A stretch of DNA of 64,000 nt from Octopus vulgaris (Eukaryota), in the NCBI GenBank assembly GCA_951406725.2, contig OX597834.1, positions 8,990,001-9,054,000 of the forward strand, read 5' to 3'. Each line of letters starts with the position of its first letter. The first letter of the stretch is position 1. Of this stretch, positions 25,543 through 40,639 are shown one piece after another. The position numbers were made by a program, and so were the translations under genes. The notes below the pieces were generated by a model. It was given only the letters and a program-made list of their open reading frames with translations. It ran no database searches and was not told the origin of the DNA.

Positions 25543-25892
25543 CGGTGGTTCCCAACCTGTTTTTTTTTTTTTACCTATGAATCCCTTTCATTTTTATTTT
25601 ATTCTGGCGCCTCACCCACATAACCATTCGATGTACTAATTTTATAGAAACTTCTTTCAAAACTCCTTTTTTGGTTTTCCCACTTTCTGTTGTGTAAGTT
25701 TGCAATGGCATTCTCTGAGAGAATATCATTTAAGGGCCAGATGCCAATTGAACCGTGCAGTGTTAAGAAAGGAGGCGTTGTGGTTTATAGCAAACCTTTT
25801 TCATGAACGCCCGGAAATATTTACTATTTTGGACCGCAAATAATTTTATATGGACTCTTAGGGGTCGTATGGACTCTGATGGAGGACCACTG
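25543..25892. mobile_element. hAT (Charlie-like) MITE
   Basis: Ends cggtggttccc / ggaggaccactg; 8-bp TSD ccttaaat (25535-25542) and ccttgaat (25893-25900). Confidence 0.7.
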
Positions 25893-26360
25893 CCTTGAAT
25901 CATCAGTGACGTATGCTTATATCATAAATAGTTAGCATCGTCTATAATCATTTATGGTCAATAGAATCCAAACGATTTTGATTTTGTTTTTATTGCTAAC
26001 AATATCTTTTTAAAGCGGTTTCGAATCAAAAAAATTTCATTGAGAAGTGAGCTATGAAGTATAAATCGATGTCTGTACTCACTAAACTTAAAAGCACAAT
26101 ATAGATGTGAAGTCGAAGTTATCGACACATCGTTCAAGCAGATTTAACGTGTATCTGTTAAATTAGAAGGCAGAGACAAATAGTAATTTTGTACGGCAAA
26201 TTAGTTTGTTACAAGACGCAAATCTATACAGCATAATTAATGAGTCTTTAACTTCAATAAAATCAGGCATTAATTGGACAACCGAAAGAAGAGGTCAGCT
26301 CTGATAATTGTACTTTGTGAACGCGAATCTGTTTGAAAACAAATAGCAACGTATCAAAAC

Positions 26361-26657
26361 TGTTGTAGTGACAAAGTGGTATGATTCAGCCAGTATAAAG
26401 TCAGAAAGCCGGTCGTTGTAGGAGGTGCGTAGTAGTAGTCGTTGTACTAGTTCTCAGTCGGACTCAGTGTCAGTTACGTGTGACGTTCGAGTTCGAGGTA
26501 CCGTCGGAGAAGACGTTTCAAATTCATTGTCGTGCGGAGCCATCAGCGAAGCACGATAGACAAGTCAAAAATAATACCACCTGAACATAATAGGGGAGAC
26601 AAGAATATAACACTGGCGACAATATCATACAAATCAACGAGGATCGACATTACAACT
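26361..26657 (+). mobile_element. Probable Gypsy LTR (solo, or LTR plus PBS)
   Basis: Starts TGTTGTAGTG; TATAAA at ~26393; AATATAACA-CTGGCGAC at 26604-26620; imperfect inverted end cattacaact; flanks aaaac/aaaat. Confidence 0.5.
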
Positions 26658-27984
26658 AAAATTTCAATATATATTGGGTGATAGTACTTCTTCGTTTTCT
26701 GTCGACAAGGGTAAAATAGGCAGCAGTTCTAGAAATCAAAATTCCCGAAATATCTAAGTTGTCACCATCATTTTTTTCTTTTGTAAGAACGGAACAAAAA
26801 AACAATCTCAGAAAGTTTATAAAATATATTATGAACGAAATACGGAAAATCATATTTCTTCACATATTTCGGACGTATATTGTACAACAAACTATTAAGA
26901 GTATCTTAAATAAATTGTGTTGCTATGTGTGAAAGTATTTAAATTGTGTGTTGTTTACCATTTTATGTATGACACGTTGTCCGCATAACATATGACAAGT
27001 TGGATGAAGTTTGGCATATATGTCCCAATAACTTGCTCAACAGAAAATATCTGTGAAAACAAACATCACCATCTTTAATATTATTATTATTATTATCTTT
27101 ATTATTATTATTATTACTACTATTTTCTTAGCAGTTACCGATAAATAACAGCAAATCATTTTCTAATGTCTGTATTTGTTGAAATTCCGGAGAGATGGTT
27201 GAGGCAATCAATCACGTAAACGAAATAATAAAAATATATTTAAAATGAGAAAAAAATGAGAAATGAAACAAGAAAAACAGTTTTGCTGATTTTGCTGAAA
27301 TCTGTTATGTAAGTGGTGCAGAGAGAAATAAAGCGGTATAGAAAATATATTATATATTTGATGAAGAGTTTTGAAGCTGGTACCAAGCAACAGCTAGGAT
27401 AGGTTATATTCACACCCCTATTACTTATTCTGTACACAGGTTATCCAATCGAAGAGAGACATATAGCAGAGTTGAGCTCATCGTAACTTCAATTTGCGAT
27501 GAAATGGCTCATAATAAATGCCACAACACATCCTCTGCTACTCTGCAGTGATGCTACGAGTATTTCAAATTTATCGAACGTTTTATGGTGAAGAGCGTAT
27601 TATTACGCTGTGGGTCTTTCTCTGTGCTTTTTTATCCTTTTTTGTGTATTTTGAACGCGCACACGAGTACGTGAGTGTGTATTTGTGTGTGTGCGTGAGT
27701 GCTCAATAATCATTCATGTCTCCAGCATGGCTAAAACGCTGAATGTATAAAAGCTCTTTAGGAAAGTCCCTGCCAATGCTTTCTTCGGTTCCTATGGTGA
27801 ACAAAAGCAAAAACAAATGATATTTGTTTATATTTTTATATTGTAATTTTCAATATCCCGTACCTATGTATACGTATGAAGAAAATGGCATGCGAGGTTT
27901 TTCAATTGTTGACATATGGGAAGAAGGGCCATAATACTTGAAAATGTTTGTGAAAAAATTAACCAAGCGAATGAACTCAGATCA

Positions 27985-28356
27985 TGGTATCGTATGTATG
28001 TATGTATGTATGTATATATATATGTATGTATGTATTTATCTATATATCTATCTATCTATCTATCTATATATATATATATATATATATATATGTCAATGTA
28101 TCTATATATGTATATATCTATCTATATATCTATCTATATATCTATCTATATATATCTGTCTATATATCGATCTATCTATATATCTATCTATATATATATA
28201 TCTGTCAATGTATCTATATATGTATATATTTATCTATATATCTATCTATCTATCTATATATCTATATATATATCTGTCAATGTATCTATATATATCTGTC
28301 AACGTATCTATCTATCTATACATCTATCTATATATATATATCTGGCAATGTATATA

Positions 28357-28407
<51 letters not shown>

Positions 28408-28585
28408 GTCAATGCATCTATCTATCTATCATTCTATATATCTGTCAACGTATCTATCTATATATATATATATATATCTGTCAATGTATCTATCTTTATA
28501 TATATCTTTCTATATATATCTGTCCATGTATCTATCTATATATATATATATATATATCTGTCAATGTATCTATCTATCTATCTGT
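27985..28585. repeat. Compound (TA)/(TATC) microsatellite punctuated by a recurring tatctgtcaatgtatctat motif
   Basis: The tgtcaatg-like motif recurs about 10 times. Confidence 0.9.
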
Positions 28586-29009
28586 CATTATTGGTTTCTA
28601 TTTTAAGCTTTCTTGACGACAGAGAAAGAGTCGGTATCCAACCGAGATCTATGGCTACTTCATAGGGATTTCAACAACATCGACTGGGTATATTTCCATG
28701 TATGTGTGCGTACACGTGCCATATTCGGAGTTAGTGCTTGTGCAGATTTGTAGGTTTTCGTTTTATATGTATTTTCATGCATTTAGTTGCATGTCTACAC
28801 AATGTATTTAAGTATGCATATATACATGTATGCACTTATGTATGAATATATGTATGTGCGCATGTACGTTTGTATGTATGTATGTTCGTATGTATGTATG
28901 TATGAATGTATGCGTGCATGAACACAGACTCGTCTCTTTGTTGTTAGCCTGATTCCAATTGTGTTTCTGATTCCTGACTGAAAATATTTCAATTCTTCTC
29001 AGCAACAGT

Positions 29010-29404
29010 AGGTGCAGGAGTGGCTGTGTGGTAAGTAGCTTGTTTACCAACCACATGGTTCCGGGTTCAGTCCCACTGCGTGTCACCTTGGGCAAGTGTC
29101 TTCTGCTATAAGCTCGGGAAGACCAAACCCTGTGAGTGGATTTCGTAGAAGGAAATTGAAAGAAGCCCGTCGTATATATGTATGTACATGTGTGTATATG
29201 TTTTTGCGTCTGTGTTTGTCCCTCCCCCCCACATCGCTTGACAACCGATGCTGGTGTTTACATCCTCGTAACTTAGCTGTTCGGCAAAAGAGACTGATAG
29301 AATAAGCACTTGGCTTACAAAGATTAAGTCCTGGGATCGATTTGCTTGACTAAAGGCGGTGCTTCAGCATGGCTACAGTCAAATGACAGAAGCATGTAAA
29401 AGAG
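29010..29404 (+). mobile_element. Family-A CORE-type SINE, full length
   Basis: tRNA-like A box (tggctgtgtggta) and B box (ggttcagtccc), CORE-like ccttgggcaagt, shared 3' tail. Confidence 0.85.
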
Positions 29405-29727
29405 AAAAAATTGATAAAAAATACATGACTCTGCATTGATTGAGTCAGAAATATAGGTAGTCAGTCAAGCAAAACATTGAAAAGAAATACTGCTTTTTTA
29501 TTAGAATTCGTCTAATGAGATTTTCCAAGACTGTGTATTTGGATGCCCCAAATTGAATCTACCATTTGGATGTAATTCACCTTCTCCAGTGTCTCCTTCC
29601 GTTCCTTTTTTTTTGTTTTGTTTTTTTAAAATTTACCTTGTGGAAATTTGTCTGCATGCCCTTCATTTTAATCTCTCTTCTCAAACACTTTAATTGATTG
29701 TGTATGTAATGTCAATATTTATGAATA

Positions 29728-30100
29728 CTAGCAGCATCGCCCGGCGTTGCTCGGGTTTGTTTCGACGCTTTAGAATTGGAATTTTTAAAAAGTAAAAACT
29801 CTGCATTATGTAGCTTGTTATTTTCTTTAAGTGAACATTTTTCTGGTTGAAATATACCGAAAAATGGCGACACAGCTGTAAAGAAAATCGTAAAAAAAAA
29901 GGATTATCATAGAAAAAAGAAAAGCACCTTTTTTATCTAAATAATTTTTGGCGTTAACATGGTCCGATTTGAATTTTTACTCGTACGGAAGGAAGAGCAA
30001 GCCTTCTTTTATCATACTTTCAATTTTGGTCAACTTCCGCCTCGGGGTCTCGGAAGAGATAGTGTTAGTTGAAGGCAACCTTCAGTTTTATTTATAGAGA
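29728..30100 (-). mobile_element. Non-autonomous Helitron (373 bp)
   Basis: Minus strand: 5'-TC (tctctataaataaaactg), 3' hairpin cccgagcaacgccggg ~9 nt before the terminal CTAG, inserted between A and T, no TSD. Confidence 0.8.
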
Positions 30101-30199
30101 TTACAGCCAATTTTCATAAACTTACAACTCGTTCCTCGACGTAATTCTCAATACTTGTCTGTTTCACCACCGTTAGGGCAGTTTTCTTCAACTAAGACA

Positions 30200-32050
30200 A
30201 ATGAAAATTATGCATAAACCGCCGTGATTCTTCTAAATATACATTTTATGAAAAAAAACAGTCATTGCTGTCATGTATTCATCAGAAGGATTTGCTGTAT
30301 AAACGTCAAAGTAAACACTCACTGCAGTCATATATTAATGCCTTACCCTTGATGTACATTAATTGCATTGACCGATTTAGTTTATCCAGAGGTCATATTT
30401 GGATCTATTATTTTTAGAAGAGAAATCACGTGGATATTTTATTTTCTGCAGCCAATTTGCAACTGTGGTAATTGAAATTGTATTATCTTGACTGTCACTT
30501 AAATCACTTTCCGGAAAAATAAATACACTTTACGCGATGAGCTCATCAAAGAGTAAAAAGATTGAAGGGCGGAAGGGGAGGATCTGGAATAAACATGATG
30601 GCACATTAATGTTGCATGGCACACATTGGCCATTGATTATCTCGACACCTCAGCTTTTTCCCAAAGTTAATGCGAGAGCTTTGAACTTCCCTTTCATCGC
30701 GACAATATGATTAACTGGAAGCCAATCGTGTTTTTTTGCCGTTGTCTAAAGAGAAATATCATCAAAGGTTTGCTTGAAGTTGTGAGAGAAACCCATCCGT
30801 TCTTTAGCAAGTAATATGATTTATCAGTTTTGCACAGAAGCGTTGCAATCGTCATCTCACGAAACTCGGCTGTTTCCCGCAGGGAGCAACGACAGCGAAT
30901 TTATTTTCCTCTTCAAATAGAACGCAATCATTTTTTGTAGAATTTAGCCCAGCTACAGGCTCTGTGAGTTTTAGATCCATGAAGTCGCCACTAAATAACA
31001 AGTGCTTTATCATAGCAGTGAACAAGACATGGCCATCACTTGTAGCATCCATATATGTGTTACAATGTACATCGTGGAGGCGCAATGGCCCAGTGGTTAG
31101 GGCAGCAGACTCGCGGTCATAGGATCGCGGTTTCGATTCCCAGATCAGGCATTGTGAGTGTTTATTGAGCGAAAACACCTAAAGCTCCACGAGGCTCCGG
31201 CAGTGATGGTGGTGATCCCTGCTGTACTCTTTCACCACGACTTTCTCTCACTCTTACTTCCTGTTTCTGTTGTACCTGTATTTCAAGGGGCCGGCCTTGT
31301 CACTCTCTGTGTCACGCTGAATATCCCCGAGAACTACATTAAGGGTACACGTGTCTGTGGAGTGCTCAGCCACTTACACGTTAATTTCACGAGCAGGCTG
31401 TTCCGTTGATTCGGATCAACCGGAACCCTCATCGTCGTAACCGACGGAGTGCTTCCATCCACAATGTACATCACTAAACCTGTATGATTATCATCTTAAG
31501 TTGGGAGATCTACAAGTCATTTGCTTCGCAACAGATCCACGTTTTGATACTATATTCAGATATGACTATATATGTCGATAATTTTGAACGTTGCCCTTCA
31601 TCTTAAACTAAAACAATGATTTTTGGTCTTTTAGTAACACTCCATACCAAGCGTAATGACTTTCAGGTATATCTCTTCATAAGTCCATTTCAACAAATGT
31701 TATCTAGAAGGATTAATATTGTATATATACACGCCATTACTTATGCTGCACTCCCTAGGTATTCTGGAACATAAGTAAGATCTACCCTCAACATAGTCAA
31801 ACATAGTTTTCCATATACTGACATACATGCATCCAAATAATGGTAGCTACTACGATGGAACTGAAGTCAAATTCAGCCTGTGATCTCACACATCTTCGTA
31901 TAAATGGGTATACTCCATCTGCCAAAGTAGATATACAATGGCAAAAAATAATAGCATTTTTGGAATCAGTGCCCCAAATAAACCCAATAAAGGCTTTAAC
32001 TTTAAGAGTAAAAAACAAATTATCTTATCTCCTGAAATTTATGTTCCTGA
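30200..32050 (-). pseudogene. Very decayed hATm-like transposase remnant interrupted by a SINE
   Basis: Fragments LLKDQK, NQWPMCAMQH, FNLFTL..YFSGK, DKLNRS..RLY..NPS occur in the order expected for hATm motifs; many stops. Confidence 0.3.
31074..31460 (+). mobile_element. Young tRNA-derived SINE (family C) with 12-bp TSD
   Basis: A box tggcccagtggtt, B box ggtttcgattccc; TSD ACAATGTACATC at 31062-31073 and 31461-31472. Confidence 0.9.
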
Positions 32051-33219
32051 TCCATAGCATGTTTAATATTTGCCTTGGGTAATTTCTGCTCTGCGTTCAA
32101 ACTCCACTAGGTCTAATTTTGTATTTATTACTTCTGGATTCTGAAATGTAATTACGAGAATATTACTGAAGAGAGAAGTGATTCAATTCACGTTGTCCCT
32201 CTAGTCAAAAGAAATCAATATTTATGGCACTCGTTTGAAAATATAGGGCATAGAATCAATAAGCACTCTGCCAATTTGCAAACACAGTAAGTAATAATCT
32301 GAACGCTTATTCAAATTCTACAACCAATTCAGAATAATGTTTGTCCTGTTTTTATTTCTTTTTAAAGTTCAACAATTATGTTACATTTGCAAACCTTTAT
32401 TGTTTGAAGAACATGCTCATAAAATTACAAACTGGAGAAAAGCAAGAGAAGCAGAGAAAGAAAGAGAGTGGGGAAAGACGGAATGAGGAATCAAAACCCA
32501 GAAGCAGACACTAACCAAATGCTAAGATCGATCGAAGAGAAAACTTCATTGCTTCGAGAGAGAATAAATAGTAACAGCTAAAAAAAATTAGCATGTCTTA
32601 ATAAAATTACTTGTGATTTTTTTCCCCCTTAGTTCTCTCTCATTCTGTCCTTATCTCTCTATTACGTTTTTAGCAACCCCACCTCTCTCTCTCTCTCCTA
32701 TCCTCCTACTTACTCTCCTCTCTCTCTCTCTCTCTCTCTCCTCGCTCTCTTGCTTATTCTTCATGTGTCATCTTTTATTTAGTTTTTTCGTTTAGTTTCA
32801 CATTTCCAATAGAAAACATGACGACAGTAATTGAACCAAAATATTTTTTTTTAACTAATTTAAATGATTGAATAAATCAAAGCGAGGATTTCCATCAAAT
32901 GAAGGGGAAAACTTAATCTAGCTTTTAAAAAGCATTTAAGGTGATCCAAATCTACATTTTCTGTAAACTCGTGGGAGCACGAAGCTTTCCATATTAAATT
33001 ATGTCTAATTTGTATATGCAAAGATGTAAACGTACTTATATGTGCGTGAGTGTATGCATGGGCGTAGGAACATATAAATAAGTGTATGTATACACTTTTG
33101 AGTCGTGATTTATTTTTCTCAAAACGATTGTATGTTTATTTATAAATCTACCTAAAATGCATAAGTATATATCTTTCTTAGCATCTATCTGTCTCTGTAT
33201 AACAGTAAATAGAAGAAAC

Positions 33220-33261
<42 letters not shown>

Positions 33262-34740
33262 TTAAAGCGCTGTATTTGTTTAGGTATATAACCTAGTATC
33301 TGCGTAGTTAAAATATATTCGATATAAATCTATCTCAACAAAGGTGTCTATATTTCTATATTTATGGTTCGGTACCATCCATATGAATGACGATTTTCTT
33401 TCTAATTTCCTTCTTTTTTTTTACAATTCTTAGATTTGCCGGGAAAACAACAAAACATTAGAATCAAAAACAAACAAAACAGTTCAAGAGAATCAAGTAG
33501 ACTTAATTTTTAATGATGTTTCCAGAATATATTTGCATTATTTTGCTTACTGCTATTGGGTTTAAGAGTTGACGAGAGTAGAATAATAAATGACTTCAAG
33601 TAATAATGACATAGCAGGAAGTTTATCATAAATATACAAACTTCTAGTATCAATGAAACAGCAAACGAGTATAAAAAAAAAATGCAATTCGGTAAAAGAA
33701 ATTCGTAGGTTTCAGGGTTTATTGCTTACGAGCTTAGATATGCTTTATTGGATTAAAAACCCATAATTCTAATTTCGCAGGCACACTTTGATTAGTTTAG
33801 TTTATGTACGTTGGGGAAAATGTACGTGTGTGGGTGTGTGAATATGGATATCTATCTATCTATCTATCTATCTAAACATTTTTATAGATAGTAAGGTACA
33901 CATACACACCCAACCATACAAACACACACACACACATATACACATGCATAACGCGTTCTTTTTCCTTATTTTTCTATATGTTTCCCTTCTGAGAACTGCT
34001 CAGATATCCTACTTAATGCAACATTAGCCCATTTTTTCATGAACTTAAAAAGATGCACGTATATTTTCCCCTCTCTCGATGCAAAACATTTTTACAATCT
34101 CATTTATTTTTATTTTTTTATAACTTTTTCTTTCACAGAATATTTGATATCAGCATTTGAAGTTTAATGAATTTCTAGGCAATAAACAGTGTACCATTTC
34201 TGCTTTTAGGAGGGAACCGGTCTTCTGTGAAGGACATATAATTTTTAACAGTTATATTACGTAGTCCTTTTGAAAATTCGGATTTTAGCACATTTTATTA
34301 TTATTATTATCGTTATTATTATTATTATTATTTGAATAAATAACTCACGAAATGTAAAAAAAAAAAAAGGTGTTAGAACTTTAGATTAATTGACTAGAAC
34401 TATAATATTTCGGGTAAAAACCAATCAGAATTGATTTTTCTTATTATCGAGTAAAAGAAGTCTAGTATTCTATGCCAGGTGAACATCACATTCTATGCTC
34501 TTACCTGAATTTATTAATAATTATGTAAGAGAACTGGAATAGCTTCAGCTAAGAAGTAACAATAGTCATAGTCTATATTTGCCGGGAGCACATATCTTAC
34601 TATATTAAGCTGCAAACTCTACTATATATAGTAGACAACAGCAATCAATAATGTTGCAGCAGATGCCGAGCAGTAGATTCACAGAAACAGCAGGATGTCC
34701 GACAGAATAATATGCAATATTTCGTTGCATATTTTTACTT

Positions 34741-34965
34741 GAAGGCGGCGAGCTGACAGAACCGTTAGCAGACGGGGGTCAAATGCTCAGCGTAATATCG
34801 TCAGTTTTTTTTCATTCTAACTAAAAAAAATTTCACCAGTGTTGACTTTGCCTTTTTTTTTTCTCGGGGTCAGTAAAATAAGCACTAACTGAACACTGGG
34901 GTCGATTTAATTTGACTTATCACCTCCACGAATCTGCTGGTCCCCTGAAAAAATTTTAAACCAAT
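34741..34965 (+). mobile_element. Family-B SINE, degenerate
   Basis: gaaggcggcgagctgacagaaccgttagc...cactggggtcgat. Confidence 0.7.
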
Positions 34966-37900
34966 ATTTCGTTGCGCATTTTTACTATCTGTCTTTCTCA
35001 ATTACGTATTAAGTGCAAATGCTATAATTGACAGCTTTGTTTATTCCTGTCAAATGTTCTTCATAAAAACGTACCGAGGGTGATAATGTGATCGAAATCC
35101 TATCTCATTCTAGCAAAATATTTTGATGCTGCGCCCCTGTTGGAATGTTATCCTTTTAGCAATTGTGTATGAGGTCTCATCTCCTGAGTGTAAGGTGTTT
35201 TAAATTTTGTTTATCCCCAGCTTATTCAGTATCAAGCAGGTTTATTAAGAAACATTTTTACCGACAGTAATACCCTCGCTTGTTTGACACAGCATTGAGT
35301 CTTCCTTCTTGAATAATGGAGTGCGTCATTATTCTTGGTTCTGTAGAAATACGTCTCTATGTTCCAGCAACACGACAGGCCACAATGTCTATTCCAGTGA
35401 AATGTTAATCTTTGACAAAGTAGGTGACTTCAGGGAGTCATAAACAGCATTTTCATATTTCATATTATGTACATATTGTAAATATCGGAAGACACGTCCT
35501 GCTGTAATGCCAGAAGGCTGTAAGGCGTATCATTCGATATTGTTCTCTCTCCTGTAATTACGTCGTTAAGTGCTTACGTAAGATAATATTATTGATCTTG
35601 TTATTTTTTCGCAACATTTTTCTTCTCTTCCGCACATGAATATTTACACATTCTTCGGGGCTGAGCCAAAGAATGGAGTCACTACACAATTATTTTATCT
35701 GTGGAAGCAGAAGGCAAATTACCCCCAAATCACTCTGCCACCGTTCTGGAAAAGGATTCTTGAGAGAAACTGGTCATGTGCTCCCTGAACTTAGAAGAAG
35801 ACGACTGCTGGAATATTTTCATCATGTTTAAATATGTTGATCACGTATTAAATATTATCAGTGGAGACTAGAGAAAAATCTGTTTGAAAGAGAAGCCATA
35901 TAACATTTAAACTCTATAATTTTAAATGGACCACATGCTACCTGATACACTAAAACCATGATTGATCATGGTTGGAATGATCTTGCCCATATGTATATTC
36001 AAGGCTTAGGGCTTCGTAATAGAAACGCAAATCACTTTATGGAACTGTTTGGACAGTTTGAAGTAGAAAAGTCACTCAAGTGACATATATTATGTGAAAG
36101 AGTAGTAGTATAGGCATAGTCACAGATTCCATATAGGTGGGATGGGCATATTTGATATAAAGTCCCTGCTACTAGCGAATCGTTGTTAAATTATTGGAGC
36201 ATAATTCTGTTCAGGGTGTGTTTCGTTAGCTCGGAGGAATTTGCTTTAATTCTGAAGTATTTCTTCGTTTGCAAGTCATATTTGAAAACCCATAATCCAT
36301 GGAAAGGGTGAGACAATACAATTGAGGTCATTAGCATCCATGGTGATGCTTCAAATTTCGTCATTTCGCATTGCATGTGTGTGCCTTTGTGTGTGCATGT
36401 GTGTGTATCGGGCATTGACTTTATTGTAAATGGGCAGCGGTGTCGGGCGGTAATAACATCGTCGCCAACGTTGTTACAAAGATAATCGATCAGTATATGT
36501 AGAGCGTCACTGTAGTGGATCCAATTTCTGCGAGGTCAACGGTATATTACCGTTATGGTCTTGTTTTTTACATTAAAACAACTCGACAAACACTGTGCAA
36601 TCATAAACATATAGTGAGGCATTCATCGATCTTTAGCAAAATAACGTGAGACTATATTAACGATGAGATCAAGCATAAAGGCGATCTACTATGCTAACTT
36701 AAGAAAGGAATCTCCGATATCTATTGTTTATTGTTTTTAACACAGCACGTGAATAACTTATGTTATCATAATACTAACAGAAGTATGACCAAATCATCAA
36801 GGTTAACTTATATTTGGTATGATACGTAGATGTCAATTTTAATTAAACGGTGCTTGAATTGTGTTTAATAGTGATTTAACCATCTTGGCACAATTCGCAA
36901 CACAAATGAGTATTTTATTCAGTGTTTCTCGGTATTATAGGATATGAATACTTATTTGAGCATGTGGCTGGTCCATTTAAGCCGAAAGGTCTATGGCGGT
37001 GTCACTGGCCTCTGCCGGGACTATTTTCCTTTCCGACCAATGCTTATTGCGATATCACCACAACATTCAGAAGAGATGTTATCTAAGGACGGCTAACACA
37101 ATAAATAGTCAAACAACGGTATACATACTTTAAGTATATTACAACATAGCTATAAAATATAGTGTTTAACATTGCCAAATACATCTTATTCATTGGTTTC
37201 AGGGTCAATTGTCAGAACATTAACTAAATATCGAAAGGTATGTTGCAAATCTCTCCGAGATAAATTTTGCCTCTCATCTATGTGGGATCGATAAAATAAA
37301 GTACCAATCGTGTGATGAAATCGATTTTATTTTCCAACTCCAACCCACAAATTTGTCGATTTATGCATGTTTCGGATATATTTTTTTTCTCTTTCATGTA
37401 TATTTCTTTCAAATTATGTTTCTGGGTATAGGCTGTCTTTATTTATTCATAAATGTATTTATGTCCGAATAAATGGAAAACTAGCGGCAGCCGCCGAATT
37501 ATAGTGTTCTTAGCTATGGATAAAACGCAGCTATGATAGCGTAGAAGGCAACGTTGAAATAGGAAACAATATTTTGTCGGAAAGTGATAGTCTACAGATT
37601 CAGAAAGCTCCGAAACTGCTGCTGCGCTGATTTTGTTCGGTTCTTGCTACTAGTACTACTACTGCTTCTAATGGTGCTTCTGCAGAAATGTTGTCAAGTG
37701 TACATCCTATTCTCTCTCACAAAACCGATCGATGCTCACAAGTTAATGCAGTTTTCTAATGCTATGCAAAATTCTGTTTTGATTTGTTTAATCGGGGATA
37801 TTTTGAGGTTGTGTTACATCAATTTCACATTTGTACTGTTGGCCCATTCTTCCTTTGTAACGCGTTTACCGCTCTGTGCATTTGCAAATTATACAAAACC

Positions 37901-38119
37901 GTTCTCTACATTTTATATATCTATGTACGTAACTATATGTAGGTATACATGTATATATATATATTTCTATACATGAATGTATAATATGCGTTGTTCAAAT
38001 ATCACTTTGAAATGTGAGCGTGTGAAAGTAAATTTGAATAGGCAGAGACGTGTATATATGTGTATGGGCGTAAATGTATCTGAGCATGGATATATGCATC
38101 GATATTTTTATGTACATAT

Positions 38120-38194
38120 GCAACTATATATATGCATGTGTGTGTGTATATATGTGTGTATATATGTATGTATATATGTGTGTATATATATATA

Positions 38195-38227
<33 letters not shown>

Positions 38228-38250
38228 GTGTATATATATATATATATGTA

Positions 38251-38283
<33 letters not shown>

Positions 38284-38384
38284 GTGTGTGTATATATATA
38301 TATATATGTATGTATATATGTGTATATATATATATATATATATGTATGTATATATGTGTGTATATATGTGTGTATATATGTGTG

Positions 38385-38420
<36 letters not shown>

Positions 38421-38538
38421 TGTATGTGTGCACGTGTGTATATATGTGGGCATGCTTGTATATACTCATCTGTATGTGTTTGTGTATAATTGTGTAGTCC
38501 TGATCCTCACTCAGTCATATATATATTTATCTTTCTAT

Positions 38539-38571
<33 letters not shown>

Positions 38572-38670
38572 CATAAATATAAATACATATATGTATATAA
38601 ACATAAATATAAATTTATATATAAATATATATATAAATATATATCTGTATATCTATCTATGTGTGTGTAT
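38120..38670. repeat. Compound (TA)/(TG) microsatellite
   Basis: Direct inspection. Confidence 0.95.
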
Positions 38671-39566
38671 GAGCTCCAATCTCTATACTTGCGTGAACCT
38701 TGTTACATGTAATTTGCTTTTATGGAAATACACGTGTGTTTCTTGCTACTTCGTTGTTGAAAACTTATATATTTTCGTTATTATTCTTCTATAATCACAT
38801 TTGCATGTGCATGTTTTGTAGGGCTGAGTGGAAGTGAGGAGGGTGAACTATTTCACTGTGCCCCGACATTCGTTTAATTTGAGATAAAAATGAAGATTCT
38901 AAAGAAACTTCAGGTCTGTGTCAGAAACAATTAATCGATGTAGAAGAATTTTCCAAATTCATTTGTTGATATAAGTGTAGAATCAACATTTCCGTATTTA
39001 TCCGTCAAACGTGAATAAATAAAAATAAAAATACGTAAATAAACACCTATAAATGAAATGAAAAATCCCCATTTATCTAATGTAAAATCTTGTATATTTA
39101 ACGTAATACAAGTAGTACTTGGTCCTACTCGGGTTTATTAAGACACAAGAATAAATAGACTCGAATGATTCCATAATGTTTTTTTATATAAATTTCTTTT
39201 AAAAGGAATCTGAGGATCTCCTGTTGGTACAGGAGATTAAATCACTCAGAATTATTGTATTGAAACACTTCAAAAAATGGTTCCTGACGCTGAGCTGTAA
39301 AATAAGTCTGCAAATAAATCACGTGTGACCATCTCCTTGGAAAGCTGTCTCTACGCATAATCTCAGCTACCTTGATAGAAAAAAAGTTAGCAAGAATTTG
39401 AAATATATAGGTGCTCTATATAATTTCAGTTTTATATAAGATTAATATCGTATGTCGTGAGATATTGAGTGCTTTAGAAGCGTTCCATACATGATTCTAT
39501 GGAAGGCAGTACATCTAAAGCTGAAAACGTTTATATATATACATTGTTATTTCTATATATAAAATG

Positions 39567-39603
<37 letters not shown>

Positions 39604-39693
39604 ATGGCACAAAAAGAAAATGACTCTCCCCAGACACAACAGAATATGCTTAAACACACGAACTCGTAAAAAGAATCTTGCAAACCAAATCGC

Positions 39694-39738
<45 letters not shown>

Positions 39739-39949
39739 TACATACAAGGTTTGCTAAAAGACACCTGATAATAAATCAAGACCATTTAATTCCAACAATC
39801 ATTTATCTTTAACACCTGAATGTGTTTAATAGAAACATCCATTTATCAAGCATCATGATAATTATTGAAATCCAATCGAGTCAATACTGAATCACATATA
39901 TTATATATGGAATGTTGACTTACTCACGAGTTACGCTTAGCCGAAGCTG

Positions 39950-40560
<611 letters not shown>

Positions 40561-40639
40561 ATTAAACCAGAAAATGCATTGAAAAGGAACCCACATAGAT
40601 GTACATATCTATGTCTCTTCCATCTTTTAATTATTATAT

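Noticed and set aside
31074-31150. tRNA gene
   Set aside because: The tRNA-like head continues into a SINE body bounded by TSDs, with no proper acceptor stem or terminator.
35220-35560. Possible RTE-X LINE remnant (similar weak LINE trace at 49700-49935)
   Set aside because: Only faint motif similarity; too degenerate to support a call.
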